DNA of 52,423 bases from a virus (taxonomy: Duplodnaviria; Caudoviricetes): IMG/VR virus record IMGVR_UViG_3300001918_000036, positions 1 through 52,423 of that record. The stretch is one strand, 5' to 3'. This document shows, piece by piece, positions 1 to 8,826 of this stretch. Every line of letters begins with the position of its first letter. Position 1 is the first letter of the stretch. The notes beneath the pieces are model-generated. The model was not told the DNA's origin and searched no databases. It saw nothing but the letters and a program-made list of their open reading frames with translations. A program made the translations under genes and the position numbers.

Positions 1-471
1 TTATACCGGGGCCGTTAGATCAAGACCTGGCAGATTTAAGCCAATGGATTCTAGCGTGCTACCCAGAAAGTCAATGTGCTCCTGGCTGAAGTCGTCCACC
101 CCTGCTTCATGCCGCAGAGCAAGCCGGAGTTGATTCCAGCCAAAAACGAGATCGTTTGGGTTGCGGGTGTTGGTGAGGGCGATTAGGAGGAAGCTAGCAC
201 AGCCATTGGCCCGCACGTTGGAGGTCATTGCCACCCAGATGTGTGCCCATAGGGCTGTTTCTCTGAGGGCTGCCTCAAGCTGCTGGATTTTGGCGGCGAT
301 CGCCGCTGGATCGTCCTCTTCTGGGGGATCCTGGAAATTTGTGTAGGTTGCGTGGGCTGCGGCTTGCTGTTCAGGTGTCGCCTCGAGAGCAAACCAGATG
401 GTGCCATCACTGGAAACTCCATCAATCGGGCAAACTGCGGCGATCGCCTGGTGTAATTTGCCAAGGTTCAT
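1..471 (-). CDS. Hypothetical protein, possible tail fibre assembly/chaperone
   Basis: 156-aa ORF; its ATG overlaps the tail fibre stop (ATGA); call is positional only. Confidence 0.55.
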   Translation of the reverse strand: MNLGKLHQAIAAVCPIDGVSSDGTIWFALEATPEQQAAAHATYTNFQDPPEEDDPAAIAAKIQQLEAALRETALWAHIWVAMTSNVRANGCASFLLIALTNTRNPNDLVFGWNQLRLALRHEAGVDDFSQEHIDFLGSTLESIGLNLPGLDLTAPV

Positions 472-1511
472 GTTTCGATTACTCCTATGATTCCGTTTCC
501 TTGCGCACCTAGAAGGACCTGAAAAAGTGATGCTCCGTTGGTCATCCCTTCTTCAAGTTGCTGGAAGTAGTGATAGCCAATTCCTGGAGAGAATAAGCCG
601 AGAGCGTAGACCGTAAATTGGTCTGCGGTGTTTGCTCGATCGGTAACAATCTGAGCATCCTGAGCATTGGTTCTGTTCCAGCCGATTCCGGTTCTTCCTC
701 CAGGGACGGGGTTTGAATCGCTGGAATTGCAAGCCAGCCCAGCATCCAGCCTTACTGAAGTGCCAGCAATCCCAATAACACAACGAACCTGATTACTTGT
801 GTCGTTGTTGAGCGCTCTATATGCCAAGGTTCCGTAGGTGTATGTTGCAGCTCCAGGAATTCTTTGCCAGCTTCTAGAGATGCGATTTTCAGCATTCCAT
901 ACGTAGCGGTTTTGGGCTGAATCCTCGCACTGCCCTGCTGCAACTGTGCGAATGGTGCCCAGGTAACGCCTGTTATCGGAAGTTTTCACCCAGACCCCAT
1001 TGCGGCGACTGATAGCCAATGCCCTTGTAGATGTGCCAGCCCCGCTGCTAGACCACGCTACAGCTTGCAGGGTGAGTGTTCCGGCGTTATCGAAGATAAA
1101 GATGTCGTAGTTTGTATTGGCTAATAGGCCGCTTAGCGAAAGCGATCGCTCGGTAAACTGGCGGGCCTCCCATCGACTCACCGAAGCATTCCAAATGCTT
1201 ACGTAGTCGCCAATGTAGGGGGTATAGAAAATCGTCCCCTGGGCTGTGAGATCGCTCGAAGGTTGAGGGTTTCCGGTTGCAAGGGTCAACCTGCCTTGGG
1301 CAATCGCCGCAATCCCTACGGCTTGGAGTTGGGTGATGCTGTTCTGCGCTGCCGTATCAGGTGCAATCAGGTCGCGCAGATACTTATCCCGACTGGCGAG
1401 CTGCTTCAGTTGTAGGTTTGGGGCGTTGATTTCATTCCCGCCCAAGGCGATATCGGATACCTCGATCCGCTGAACGCCAGTAAATCCAAGATTGTCGTTA
1501 AGTTCTACCAT
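468..1511 (-). CDS. Tail fibre protein
   Basis: Follows gpI; N-terminal NLQLKQLASRDKYL motif typical of P2/Mu-type fibre anchors; G/S/T-rich beta-type body. Confidence 0.8.
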   Translation of the reverse strand: MVELNDNLGFTGVQRIEVSDIALGGNEINAPNLQLKQLASRDKYLRDLIAPDTAAQNSITQLQAVGIAAIAQGRLTLATGNPQPSSDLTAQGTIFYTPYIGDYVSIWNASVSRWEARQFTERSLSLSGLLANTNYDIFIFDNAGTLTLQAVAWSSSGAGTSTRALAISRRNGVWVKTSDNRRYLGTIRTVAAGQCEDSAQNRYVWNAENRISRSWQRIPGAATYTYGTLAYRALNNDTSNQVRCVIGIAGTSVRLDAGLACNSSDSNPVPGGRTGIGWNRTNAQDAQIVTDRANTADQFTVYALGLFSPGIGYHYFQQLEEGMTNGASLFQVLLGAQGNGIIGVIET

Positions 1512-1533
1512 GCCGCCCTCTCAATCTGCGGTG

Positions 1534-1542
1534 AAAGTTCCC
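1534..1542 (-). promoter_or_regulatory. Putative late promoter -10 element GGGAACTTT
   Basis: Matches the RGGAAYNNT consensus; hexamer about 26 nt upstream of the fibre ATG. Confidence 0.6.
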
Positions 1543-1546
1543 TAGA

Positions 1547-2146
1547 CTAGATATTTCGCTCGCCATCAAAAGTTTGTGCTCCGTTGTGGCTCCAGTTGCC
1601 GTCGTAAAGCAGTAGGTTGCTGAATAGGCTGATGCTGCCAATCCGCAAGTCTAGGAGCTGCGATCGCACATTTTTCCATTCCTCTATCAGGCTGACAATT
1701 TCCGTCACCAGGGTAGAGGAAACCTGGCTTTGTACTGGATCAAGAGTGACGATGAAGCCAAACCACCGGATCCCCGAGTAGCTCTCAATGCCGTCGTAAC
1801 TCCAGGCCCCGTTGTAGGTCAGCGGCGGGTTCTCCTGAACAGTTGTGTTGGGATAGCCCACGCTGGCCATCGCCAGTTTGATGGCATAGGGAGTTCCGGC
1901 CCGACGATGCAGCTCGATCGCCTGCTTCACCAGCTCCCGCCTCTCCGCCTCTGTGGTAGCCAGATTCCACCCGCGACGGCCCAGCACATTGAATTGCTCG
2001 GCCAGGTGAGGCAAGGCTTCTGCGTCTACGTTGTCGATGTCATAGATTCCAAGCACTCCCAGTGACAACCCACCAAGCAGGTTGATAACCTCCTGCATGG
2101 CCAAAAACCTCTCATCCCGTATAGCTGGAGGTAACAGGTCAGCCAT
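1547..2146 (-). CDS. Baseplate/tail protein, P2 gpI-like
   Basis: ALPHLAEQFNV..W......RRELVKQAIELHRRAGT motif; lies after gpJ. Confidence 0.88.
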   Translation of the reverse strand: MADLLPPAIRDERFLAMQEVINLLGGLSLGVLGIYDIDNVDAEALPHLAEQFNVLGRRGWNLATTEAERRELVKQAIELHRRAGTPYAIKLAMASVGYPNTTVQENPPLTYNGAWSYDGIESYSGIRWFGFIVTLDPVQSQVSSTLVTEIVSLIEEWKNVRSQLLDLRIGSISLFSNLLLYDGNWSHNGAQTFDGERNI

Positions 2147-3248
2147 CGTTCGATCCCGTCACACTAATCGTTATGGAGGTGGCATTAGCCCACTCATTGC
2201 CAGCCACTACCACGTCGGCCACTGGTGAAGTCAAGGTGACGCTGTAGACTCCAGGCAAGCTGAGAGCGGCGATCGCCTGTGAGCGAATCACATCTCGCCC
2301 CAGGCCAGCCCTGAGGTTAGCCACATAAGTATCCGCAGCGGTATCGAGTTGGGTTGCGAGTGTGGCTGCATCGGCAGAGGTGTAGAGCACCACGCTGGCA
2401 GTAAGGGTGAAGTTCACCTCAGTGGGAGCCAGAACCGATAAGTCATCGGTCAGGGGTCTAATTTTTTCGTCATCCAGCACCGTCTCTACCTTTTCCAAGA
2501 TTTCGCTGGAGGGTAGTCCTGTATTCAGAAGGGGGTAGATAATCACCTGACCACGGTAAGGGTTCAAGATGGCCACATCAACAATTGAATTATCAGCGGT
2601 CAGTGCCCAGTAGCGGTAAGCCCCGACAGGGCCAGCCGTCGAAAACAGGTTCGGGGCGAGTTTGATCCGAGTCCTCAGCCGTTCATCGTCTTCGGCTGCT
2701 GCACCACCATTGCTCGTGGTGGTGTTACTCACACTGGCCACCAGGCTTACCGGATCCACCAGGATCACAATTTTGCCAGCGATGAGGCCGTTACCTGCTT
2801 CGCCAACCGCCTGGGCTTCAGCGATCGTCTCTCCAGTGGTTTGCCCTGCTGCAATGGTGAGATCTTCGAGAGTCGCGAATACCATACCGTCCTGAGTCTG
2901 GGTACGGGTGCCAGCAGGCACAACCACGCTGAGGGCTGTGGCCCCTGAATCCTTTGTAAATCGCAGCGTCACCAGCGCCGCCGCTGCATCTAGTCGCGTC
3001 ACACCCAGTAATGCCCCCAAGTGATCCAGGTTCACGCCACGGGCATAGTTCACCAGGTTTTGTTCGGCTGCATCCTGGATCGCCAGCCGTACCAAGGTTT
3101 CCCGGTAGTGCAGGACATTCAGCAGCAGGCGCTCTGGTTGGGCCGGGTAGAGCGTTTTCTGAGTCAGGGATTCGTAGAGTGCGATCGCCTCACTCTCCAC
3201 CACCGTCGCATCGCGCTCAATAAAATCGGGCATTGGTAAGTCGGTCAA
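2139..3248 (-). CDS. Baseplate wedge protein J (P2 gpJ/Mu gp47-like)
   Basis: NYARGVNLDHLGALLGVTR and GGAAAEDDERLRTRI...STAGP..AY motifs. Confidence 0.93.
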   Translation of the reverse strand: MTDLPMPDFIERDATVVESEAIALYESLTQKTLYPAQPERLLLNVLHYRETLVRLAIQDAAEQNLVNYARGVNLDHLGALLGVTRLDAAAALVTLRFTKDSGATALSVVVPAGTRTQTQDGMVFATLEDLTIAAGQTTGETIAEAQAVGEAGNGLIAGKIVILVDPVSLVASVSNTTTSNGGAAAEDDERLRTRIKLAPNLFSTAGPVGAYRYWALTADNSIVDVAILNPYRGQVIIYPLLNTGLPSSEILEKVETVLDDEKIRPLTDDLSVLAPTEVNFTLTASVVLYTSADAATLATQLDTAADTYVANLRAGLGRDVIRSQAIAALSLPGVYSVTLTSPVADVVVAGNEWANATSITISVTGSNDG

Positions 3249-3625
3249 AGCGATACCTCCGCACTCTGCACCAGGCTGGAATCAAGGAGCTGCCAGGTTA
3301 TTCGGATGATGGCCTGGGCTGGCTCTGGAATATTTACGTTGGCCTCCACCACCAGCACCTCAATGCGCGGCTCCCATCTGGCGATCGCCTCGAAGGTTTC
3401 ACGCACGATATTAGGGATAGCTGAATTGGTGGGATGGTCGATGTAGTCGCGGATCCTGCTACCAAACTCGGGGCGATGGATGTCCTCGCCTGGGTAGGTT
3501 TTGAGGATGATAGCGATCGCCTGGTTCACGTCAGCGGCATCCGTCACCACCTCACCGTGGCTACCAACCTTGGGACTGAACCATTCAGCCGTTATTTCTG
3601 AAAGGGAAATGGGGCGTACGCTCAT
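3245..3625 (-). CDS. Baseplate protein W / gp25-like
   Basis: IILKTYPGEDIHRPEFGS...AIARWEPRI motif. Start moved to ATG 3625 (MSVRP) because the upstream in-frame extension is the origin-like repeat. Confidence 0.9.
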   Translation of the reverse strand: MSVRPISLSEITAEWFSPKVGSHGEVVTDAADVNQAIAIILKTYPGEDIHRPEFGSRIRDYIDHPTNSAIPNIVRETFEAIARWEPRIEVLVVEANVNIPEPAQAIIRITWQLLDSSLVQSAEVSL

Positions 3626-3631
3626 GCCCCA

Positions 3632-3640
3632 AGCATTCCC
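3632..3640 (-). promoter_or_regulatory. Putative late promoter -10 element GGGAATGCT (near-leaderless gpW mRNA)
   Basis: RGGAAYNNT match about 10 nt upstream of ATG 3625. Confidence 0.5.
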
Positions 3641-3645
3641 CCGTG

Positions 3646-3795
3646 ATTTTTGTAAACGCTTGTAAAGCCAGGTTGGGGGGGTTAGGGCTTTAGAGATCAT
3701 CAAGATCATCAGCCTTCAAAAATTGGCTGAAATCGTTTCAGGCCAATGAATAGCTCTGATGATCTCAATGATCAATTGCGATCATCAGAGATCAG
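3646..3795 (-). repeat. Isolated half-copy of the primase-internal AGATCATCA/TGATGATCT iteron array
   Basis: The minus strand aligns to about 51577-51707; AGATCATCAAGATCATCAGCC is identical at 3694-3714 and 51409-51429. Confidence 0.8.
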
Positions 3796-3804
3796 TGGCC
3801 CTCA

Positions 3805-4098
3805 TTAAGGCCCACAAAACACATTGTCGGAGCCAGTGGCGACCGAGCTACCACACGCCACGGGATCCCCAATGCGGCCCATCTGGAGACCGTTCACAAA
3901 GACGGTAGGGCTTCCGCTTGCCAGTACAGAAGCATGAGTTTCCGGAATATCTGGGCAGGTATGCGCGGCCCATGCATCAGACTGGCGATGCACAGCAATT
4001 CCATTACAAAAGACATTAGGACTGGCTCCGGTTGCTGGCCGGGGTGGCCAGCAACCATGACCTGTGCAGTCGTCCCCTAGCCTGGTTACTGCTGGCAT
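3805..4098 (-). CDS. PAAR-domain spike tip protein
   Basis: MPAVTRLGDDCTGH...SPNVFCNG...GSPTVFVNG..GRIGDPVACGS. Confidence 0.93.
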   Translation of the reverse strand: MPAVTRLGDDCTGHGCWPPRPATGASPNVFCNGIAVHRQSDAWAAHTCPDIPETHASVLASGSPTVFVNGLQMGRIGDPVACGSSVATGSDNVFCGP

Positions 4099-4107
4099 TG
4101 TGGCCTC

Positions 4108-4578
4108 CTATGGGTTGAAGTCGATTCGAGTTGCTACTAGTTTAAGGTTGCCCCCGGCGATGATGTCGATGTCGCCAACGGTAACGATGGAAAGCTTGCC
4201 TGTGGTGCGGTTGAATTCCACCATCGTCCCGTCGCCAAAGGTGACGTGGTAGAGGTTGCGATCGCTCACTGGGGGTGGGTCGGTTTCGCTGTAGATAGCC
4301 CCCAGCACGCACCCAGCCTCAAGTTTTTCATCACACAAGATCCTCACCTGATCGTCGATATCAGGGAGCCAATAATCGCGGTTTCCAGCGCTTCCACGCT
4401 GCAAAACTTCCAGCCAGTAGCTCTCGACATTCCCCCGGCTGGGAACCCGCACCCTTACCCGGGCCTTGGCATCATCCACTTGGGTCACGATGCCCGTTTC
4501 AAATACTGGCCCTTTCTGTTCGCTTTTGCCGCTACTGCCCTTGCTCTGAGCTATTTTCGCCACTGGCCGCGCCTCCAC
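4108..4578 (-). CDS. Baseplate spike, P2 gpV-like
   Basis: OB-fold pattern GIVTQVDDAKARVRV..ESYWL..YWLPDIDDQV..GCVLGAIYS. Confidence 0.9.
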   Translation of the reverse strand: MEARPVAKIAQSKGSSGKSEQKGPVFETGIVTQVDDAKARVRVRVPSRGNVESYWLEVLQRGSAGNRDYWLPDIDDQVRILCDEKLEAGCVLGAIYSETDPPPVSDRNLYHVTFGDGTMVEFNRTTGKLSIVTVGDIDIIAGGNLKLVATRIDFNP

Positions 4579-5605
4579 TCGTCTTAATGCGCTCGATCTT
4601 CCGTAGCTTCAGCGTGCAGTCCCAACCTCGATTAAGGTTGATTTTGTGTGCTGCTTCGGATACCTGATATTTCCCGGAAAACAGGCCGTACCCATCGATC
4701 TGGATATTTACTCCGGCGATCGCCCAATTCCGGCCTTCCACTAAATCTATGGTGGGTTCCACCTGCTTGCGGTTGGCTTTCTTCAGAGCGGCCTTGCACT
4801 TTTCAATCGCCTGGGCCTGGCTCTCAACCCGGTCGTTCACCTTCAGGGTATCCCCCACTTCAATCTCCGGATCTACCTCAGTGTGGGTGATTTCCTTCTT
4901 CGTTTTGGGGTCCTGATAGGTCAGCGTGGCCTGCTTGTAGACAGAATCGGACTTCCAGGGAATTCGATAGCTCTTGATGTCGGCATCGGTCAGGGTAGCG
5001 ATGATGGGCCGTGCGTCCAGTTCATCCCAGGAATAGAAGATGAGTTTGTGGTTTTCGACCTTAACCACCAGGTCGTATTCCTCCGCCAGTTTGGTGATGA
5101 ACTGGAGGTCGGTTTCCTCATTCTGGGTGGCCCGGTCGATCTTCACCTCTGGCACTTCCCCTACCAGTTCAAGGTTGTGGCGTTTGGCAATATCCTCAGC
5201 GATCGCCCTGAGAGTCATTTTCTCGTAAGGTTCCGTGCGCTCTGTCCGTAGGTCAGCCGTGACATCAGTAGCCAGAAATCCCAGTGTCACCCTGTCCGGT
5301 GGCCCTGCGAAATCGGCATCGTCAAACTCAAACCGCCCCGCATCCAGCGGATCTTCATTTTCGTAACCGAACACCAGCAGGGCTTCATCACCCTTTGCCG
5401 GGAGCCACGTATCCATCCAACGGCGATCGCGGTTCTCACACACGATTTCCATGTCGGGACTCTGGGCGTGAAGGCGGTCAGTGTAATTGACGCTGGCCCC
5501 CACGTCAGCTAGGTCCTTGGAAATATCCACCCCCTCATAGGTCAGGGTGAAGGTTGGTTTCCGCACCGCTTGCGACTTGCGTGGGTTGCCTCCGGACTGC
5601 ACCAT
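4532..5605 (-). CDS. Baseplate hub / late control protein, P2 gpD-like
   Basis: TQNEETDLQFITKLAEEY and GYGLFSGKYQVSEAAH motifs. Confidence 0.9.
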   Translation of the reverse strand: MVQSGGNPRKSQAVRKPTFTLTYEGVDISKDLADVGASVNYTDRLHAQSPDMEIVCENRDRRWMDTWLPAKGDEALLVFGYENEDPLDAGRFEFDDADFAGPPDRVTLGFLATDVTADLRTERTEPYEKMTLRAIAEDIAKRHNLELVGEVPEVKIDRATQNEETDLQFITKLAEEYDLVVKVENHKLIFYSWDELDARPIIATLTDADIKSYRIPWKSDSVYKQATLTYQDPKTKKEITHTEVDPEIEVGDTLKVNDRVESQAQAIEKCKAALKKANRKQVEPTIDLVEGRNWAIAGVNIQIDGYGLFSGKYQVSEAAHKINLNRGWDCTLKLRKIERIKTSGGAASGENSSEQGQ

Positions 5606-5952
5606 TAGGCGACCGCCTGAGCTTCAATGATGGCGGTCGCACGCCGGGTTTCGAGCTTGGCTACGCTAAATTCGTTCAGCAGCAGGTTCAGCTCGATCTC
5701 GGCCTCCGTTGCCGTGTTGCGAGCCGCGCTGAGCGCGACAAGAAGTTTTTCATAATTCTCAGTTTGAAGCAGTTCCGCTCTCCGCACCTTGCGCTGAACG
5801 TCGTTCTTCAGATTTGCATCGAAAGCAACGGCTGAATCTACCGCAATCTCAGCCCGGGCAACCTGGATCTCCATCGCCTCCAGGTAGTCGCGAGCAAGCA
5901 TTCGACACTTTTGAGCACGGGCGATCGCTTCGGGATACTGATTTAGTTGCAT
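5605..5952 (-). CDS. Hypothetical coiled-coil protein
   Basis: Helical ORF (MQLNQYPEAIA); stop overlaps the gpD start (TAATG). Confidence 0.65.
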   Translation of the reverse strand: MQLNQYPEAIARAQKCRMLARDYLEAMEIQVARAEIAVDSAVAFDANLKNDVQRKVRRAELLQTENYEKLLVALSAARNTATEAEIELNLLLNEFSVAKLETRRATAIIEAQAVA

Positions 5953-6214
5953 ATTTCTCACTTAATTTCTGCATAGCCTTCCGAAAAGCGTGGCGATTGA
6001 AGGCATAATCGTCGCGGCCCTCAATGCAGTGAAACACGGCATCATTGGCCATCTCTTCTATGCTGCCTTCTATCCAGGCCACCAGTGCATCCACCAGCCA
6101 TTCCACGGGATAGCATTGCCCTTCCTCATTGATGTAGTGGGCTTGCAATTGCACCGCTGCATCCTGCAAACATTCAATAGCGGTGTCTGTGATCTGTGGT
6201 CTGGTAGTAAGCAT
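5849..6214 (-). CDS. Hypothetical protein
   Basis: ORF with GAGG RBS; 3' end overlaps the next gene. Confidence 0.55.
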   Translation of the reverse strand: MLTTRPQITDTAIECLQDAAVQLQAHYINEEGQCYPVEWLVDALVAWIEGSIEEMANDAVFHCIEGRDDYAFNRHAFRKAMQKLSEKYATKSVSRSDRPCSKVSNACSRLPGGDGDPGCPG

Positions 6215-6268
6215 GGCGGATCCTCATCTGAGTTGAGGATTCACGCACTACACCCTCACCCGGATCAC

Positions 6269-6302
6269 CTCACAGCACTCCGGAGATCCGGAGTGCTGTG
6301 AG
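6269..6302. repeat. Perfect inverted repeat (16-bp arms) whose core is the dispersed CTCCGGA-NN-TCCGGAG palindrome
   Basis: CTCACAGCACTCCGGA GA TCCGGAGTGCTGTGAG, between divergent genes. Confidence 0.85.
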
Positions 6303-6355
6303 AACACAGTTAGCATCAATCTGATTAGGATAGGCTGAAGAATTTACTAATCAAG

Positions 6356-7534
6356 ATGATGAGTGAACCCAGCTCCTTCATTAAATTTTTGTCTATATCT
6401 TCCCTTGATGAATCGATAATATTCAATCCAGGCCGCACCACTCCTCTGACTTTTCAATGTGATGATCCACCAATTAAGGTGTCAATTCGGTCAGAGTCGA
6501 GAGAAGGAAGAGGTTTTCCTGGTATATATGACCTGGTTTGCCGACTTGAGTGCGAAATACCTGTTGACAGCAATTTAGCTTCTTTTGTCGAGGGCTTGGA
6601 GAGAGAGGTTTATGTCCCTGTCCCTGGTGCACCTCTCAGCGTTCCGCTGGAATTAAAGGGCAAAACATTAATTGATGCTGAAGGGAAGATACAAGCCGGG
6701 ATTGAGCTCTTTATGGAACACTGCCCTCCGCCGCTTGAAGAACTTTGCAACCGTGTCCTGCAAATGCTGATGGATCAACAGAACAGGTTTCTCAGATTGT
6801 TGAGATGGCGGCAGAATATTGATGCGCCTCACTTTGCAACGGCCTGGGAGCCCGCGCTTTATTTCTGTGTAACAGGGCCAAGCTACATCATTACTCCTAG
6901 GAGGCGTGGTGCTCCTTTGACTGGATACTCGCCAATGGGAATTAGATGGTCTACGAACCACGAAGATGCACTCAGAAATCTTTGGGTACAGGAGACCTTG
7001 GTTGAACCAGTGGCGCATGAAATATTGAGAGAGGCTATGTATTTACAAGAGTCTTCTCCACGTAGTTGCCTGGCAATGACAGCTACCGCCCTTGAGATAG
7101 GCGTAAAAGATCATGTGGGCCGAGCGAAGCCTGATACGGCTTGGCTTCTCTCAAAAATGCCATCTCCCCCTGTTTATAGAATTCTTCGAGAACTTCTACC
7201 TGTAATTCATCAGGGAAATCCTATTATTTCCGACTGGTCGAAGTTGAAGCCTTTTTGGAATACGTGTCAGAAAATTGCAGAAGACCGCAATTCCTTGGTT
7301 CATGCAGGAGTCGCTCCTTCACCAGCTATGCTCACAGGCTATTTATTTGCAACTAACGATGTTCTTTACCTTCTTGATATCCTAAATGGGCAAGAATGGG
7401 CTCGTGATTTTGTTAGTGACGAGCTTCGTGCATCTCAAGGCTGGCCTGAGCCGTTAGAAAGAAAAAACTTTATTAGTGTTTCTGCACCAATCTCTTTTTT
7501 AGAGATGGACCAGTATTTCCCTGACAGCGATTAG
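6356..7534 (+). CDS. Moron; C-terminal HEPN-like domain (candidate anti-phage RNase)
   Basis: Opposite strand, lower GC, no HIP1 seen; helix ending ATALE followed by RNSLVH (Rx4H). Confidence 0.65.
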   Translation: MMSEPSSFIKFLSISSLDESIIFNPGRTTPLTFQCDDPPIKVSIRSESREGRGFPGIYDLVCRLECEIPVDSNLASFVEGLEREVYVPVPGAPLSVPLELKGKTLIDAEGKIQAGIELFMEHCPPPLEELCNRVLQMLMDQQNRFLRLLRWRQNIDAPHFATAWEPALYFCVTGPSYIITPRRRGAPLTGYSPMGIRWSTNHEDALRNLWVQETLVEPVAHEILREAMYLQESSPRSCLAMTATALEIGVKDHVGRAKPDTAWLLSKMPSPPVYRILRELLPVIHQGNPIISDWSKLKPFWNTCQKIAEDRNSLVHAGVAPSPAMLTGYLFATNDVLYLLDILNGQEWARDFVSDELRASQGWPEPLERKNFISVSAPISFLEMDQYFPDSD

Positions 7535-7536
7535 TC

Positions 7537-7778
7537 ACTGTCACACCTGGTCCAAACCCTTGCCTATCTGCCCAGTACGCAACTAGGCAAAACTAAGAAA
7601 ACCCCCAAAACCTTTGCCTGAGAGGTTTTGGGGGTTTTGCCGTGTCTTCTTTCACGCAACTGTCACACTCAGGCAGAATCAGGGTTTTCGTTCATAACCG
7701 AATAGCGATTAAGTCCAAAAATAGTCCACGATTTTTGGACTAAACTGTCACACCCCTGTCTGAGAAAAACTGTCACAC
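7537..7778. repeat. Four direct ACTGTCACAC repeats plus an inverted repeat at about 7712-7740
   Basis: Copies at 7537, 7659, 7744 and 7769. Confidence 0.75.
7598..7638. terminator. Bidirectional intrinsic terminator candidate
   Basis: AAAACCCCCAAAACCT-n9-AGGTTTTGGGGGTTTT between convergent genes. Confidence 0.6.
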
Positions 7779-8573
7779 TTCGCTTGACTTTTGGGACCGT
7801 GGTTTTCTCGCTTTCGTCGCTGGCTTCCGGGTGGCGCGAGTGGTTGTTTTCTTCTCCTCGGTTTTCTTGCCAGCCGTTGCAGCAGGTTTCCGGGTCGAAG
7901 TTTTGCGAGCCGGTTTGGTCGGAGCTTCAACAGGTGCTGGGGCGATCGCCGTTGCCGCCGTTCCATTTTGGGTAAAGCTGTCTTCGACCAGCAGGCCGCG
8001 CCGTTGCATTACTCGTTGCAAGCGGGATTTTTCAAACTGCTGATAGGCCAAAATAGCCATTTCTCCAGTTACCACTTCATCGTTTCCGTAGGGGATGACG
8101 ACGGCTCCATTACTTTCAAGCCACGTGCGAAGTTCGTCAACTCCTATTTCCAGGTCACTGGCTATTGCCTCCAGGTTCTGGCCGGGTAACCGCTTGTCGA
8201 TAGTTTTGGCGTTGGCCGTGGTGGAGCTTGGTCGGTCGAGGGTTGCTGTAGGCATAGGTTCAGGATCCACAGAAGTTTCCCCTGATTCTACTCCTTCAGA
8301 GAAAGGGGAAACCTCTGCCTCCCAAAGCAGTTCATTATTAAGCCAGAGTTTTACCGCCTCAACAGCAAGGATCAGACCGCTCGCCTTTGTGAGCAAAGCT
8401 CCGTAAACAATAGCCTCCGCTGCCACCTGCTGAGTTTCGCAGTGCAGGTTCAGGCAGTTATCCGAAATGCTGATGTGTTGCAGGCTGTCGGCTGCCAGAA
8501 CTGGAAAGCGATCGCGCCATCGCTTGATTTGTAGTCTACGAATTTGCCCAATGTCCCATGCGCTCAATTCCAC
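7773..8573 (-). CDS. Hypothetical protein with a K/R/A/T-rich basic C-terminal tail
   Basis: 266 aa; GAGG RBS; tail KPARKTSTRKPAATAGKK... Confidence 0.7.
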   Translation of the reverse strand: MELSAWDIGQIRRLQIKRWRDRFPVLAADSLQHISISDNCLNLHCETQQVAAEAIVYGALLTKASGLILAVEAVKLWLNNELLWEAEVSPFSEGVESGETSVDPEPMPTATLDRPSSTTANAKTIDKRLPGQNLEAIASDLEIGVDELRTWLESNGAVVIPYGNDEVVTGEMAILAYQQFEKSRLQRVMQRRGLLVEDSFTQNGTAATAIAPAPVEAPTKPARKTSTRKPAATAGKKTEEKKTTTRATRKPATKARKPRSQKSSEV

Positions 8574-8597
8574 GGCGTTATCCTCAAAACTGCCGTG

Positions 8598-8606
8598 AGA
8601 GTTCCT
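8598..8606 (-). promoter_or_regulatory. Putative late promoter -10 element AGGAACTCT
   Basis: RGGAAYNNT match about 28 nt upstream of GTG 8573. Confidence 0.55.
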
Positions 8607-8826
8607 ATCGTCTCCAGGGTGGAAGCCCCTCTTTTGCCTTGGCTGGAGTTGTTTTCAAAACCGGGATTTGGAGTTTCACACCGCTGGGGAGTTGTGGCTC
8701 TCCTACCAGGCTAATGTTCGCTTCAACAATCGTGTTATAGGCGTAGGGGTTGCCGTAGTAGAGATAGGCCAGGGAATCCCAGCGATCGCCCTCCACGGTC
8801 AGGTGTTCCAGGAATTGAGTCATCAT
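8605..8826 (-). CDS. Tail protein X (P2 gpX, LysM-like)
   Basis: TVEGDRWDSLAYLYYG...IVEAN...LPSGVKLQIP...LPPW. Confidence 0.9.
   Translation of the reverse strand: MMTQFLEHLTVEGDRWDSLAYLYYGNPYAYNTIVEANISLVGEPQLPSGVKLQIPVLKTTPAKAKEGLPPWRR

Noticed and set aside
1-1511. Diversity-generating retroelement or invertible fibre cassette
   Set aside because: No reverse transcriptase, template repeat or invertase seen in the window
3626-3709. N-terminal extension of gpW (MILMISK...) in the ORF track
   Set aside because: It is the translation of the origin-like repeat and mirrors the primase segment MILMISNT; the real start is probably 3625
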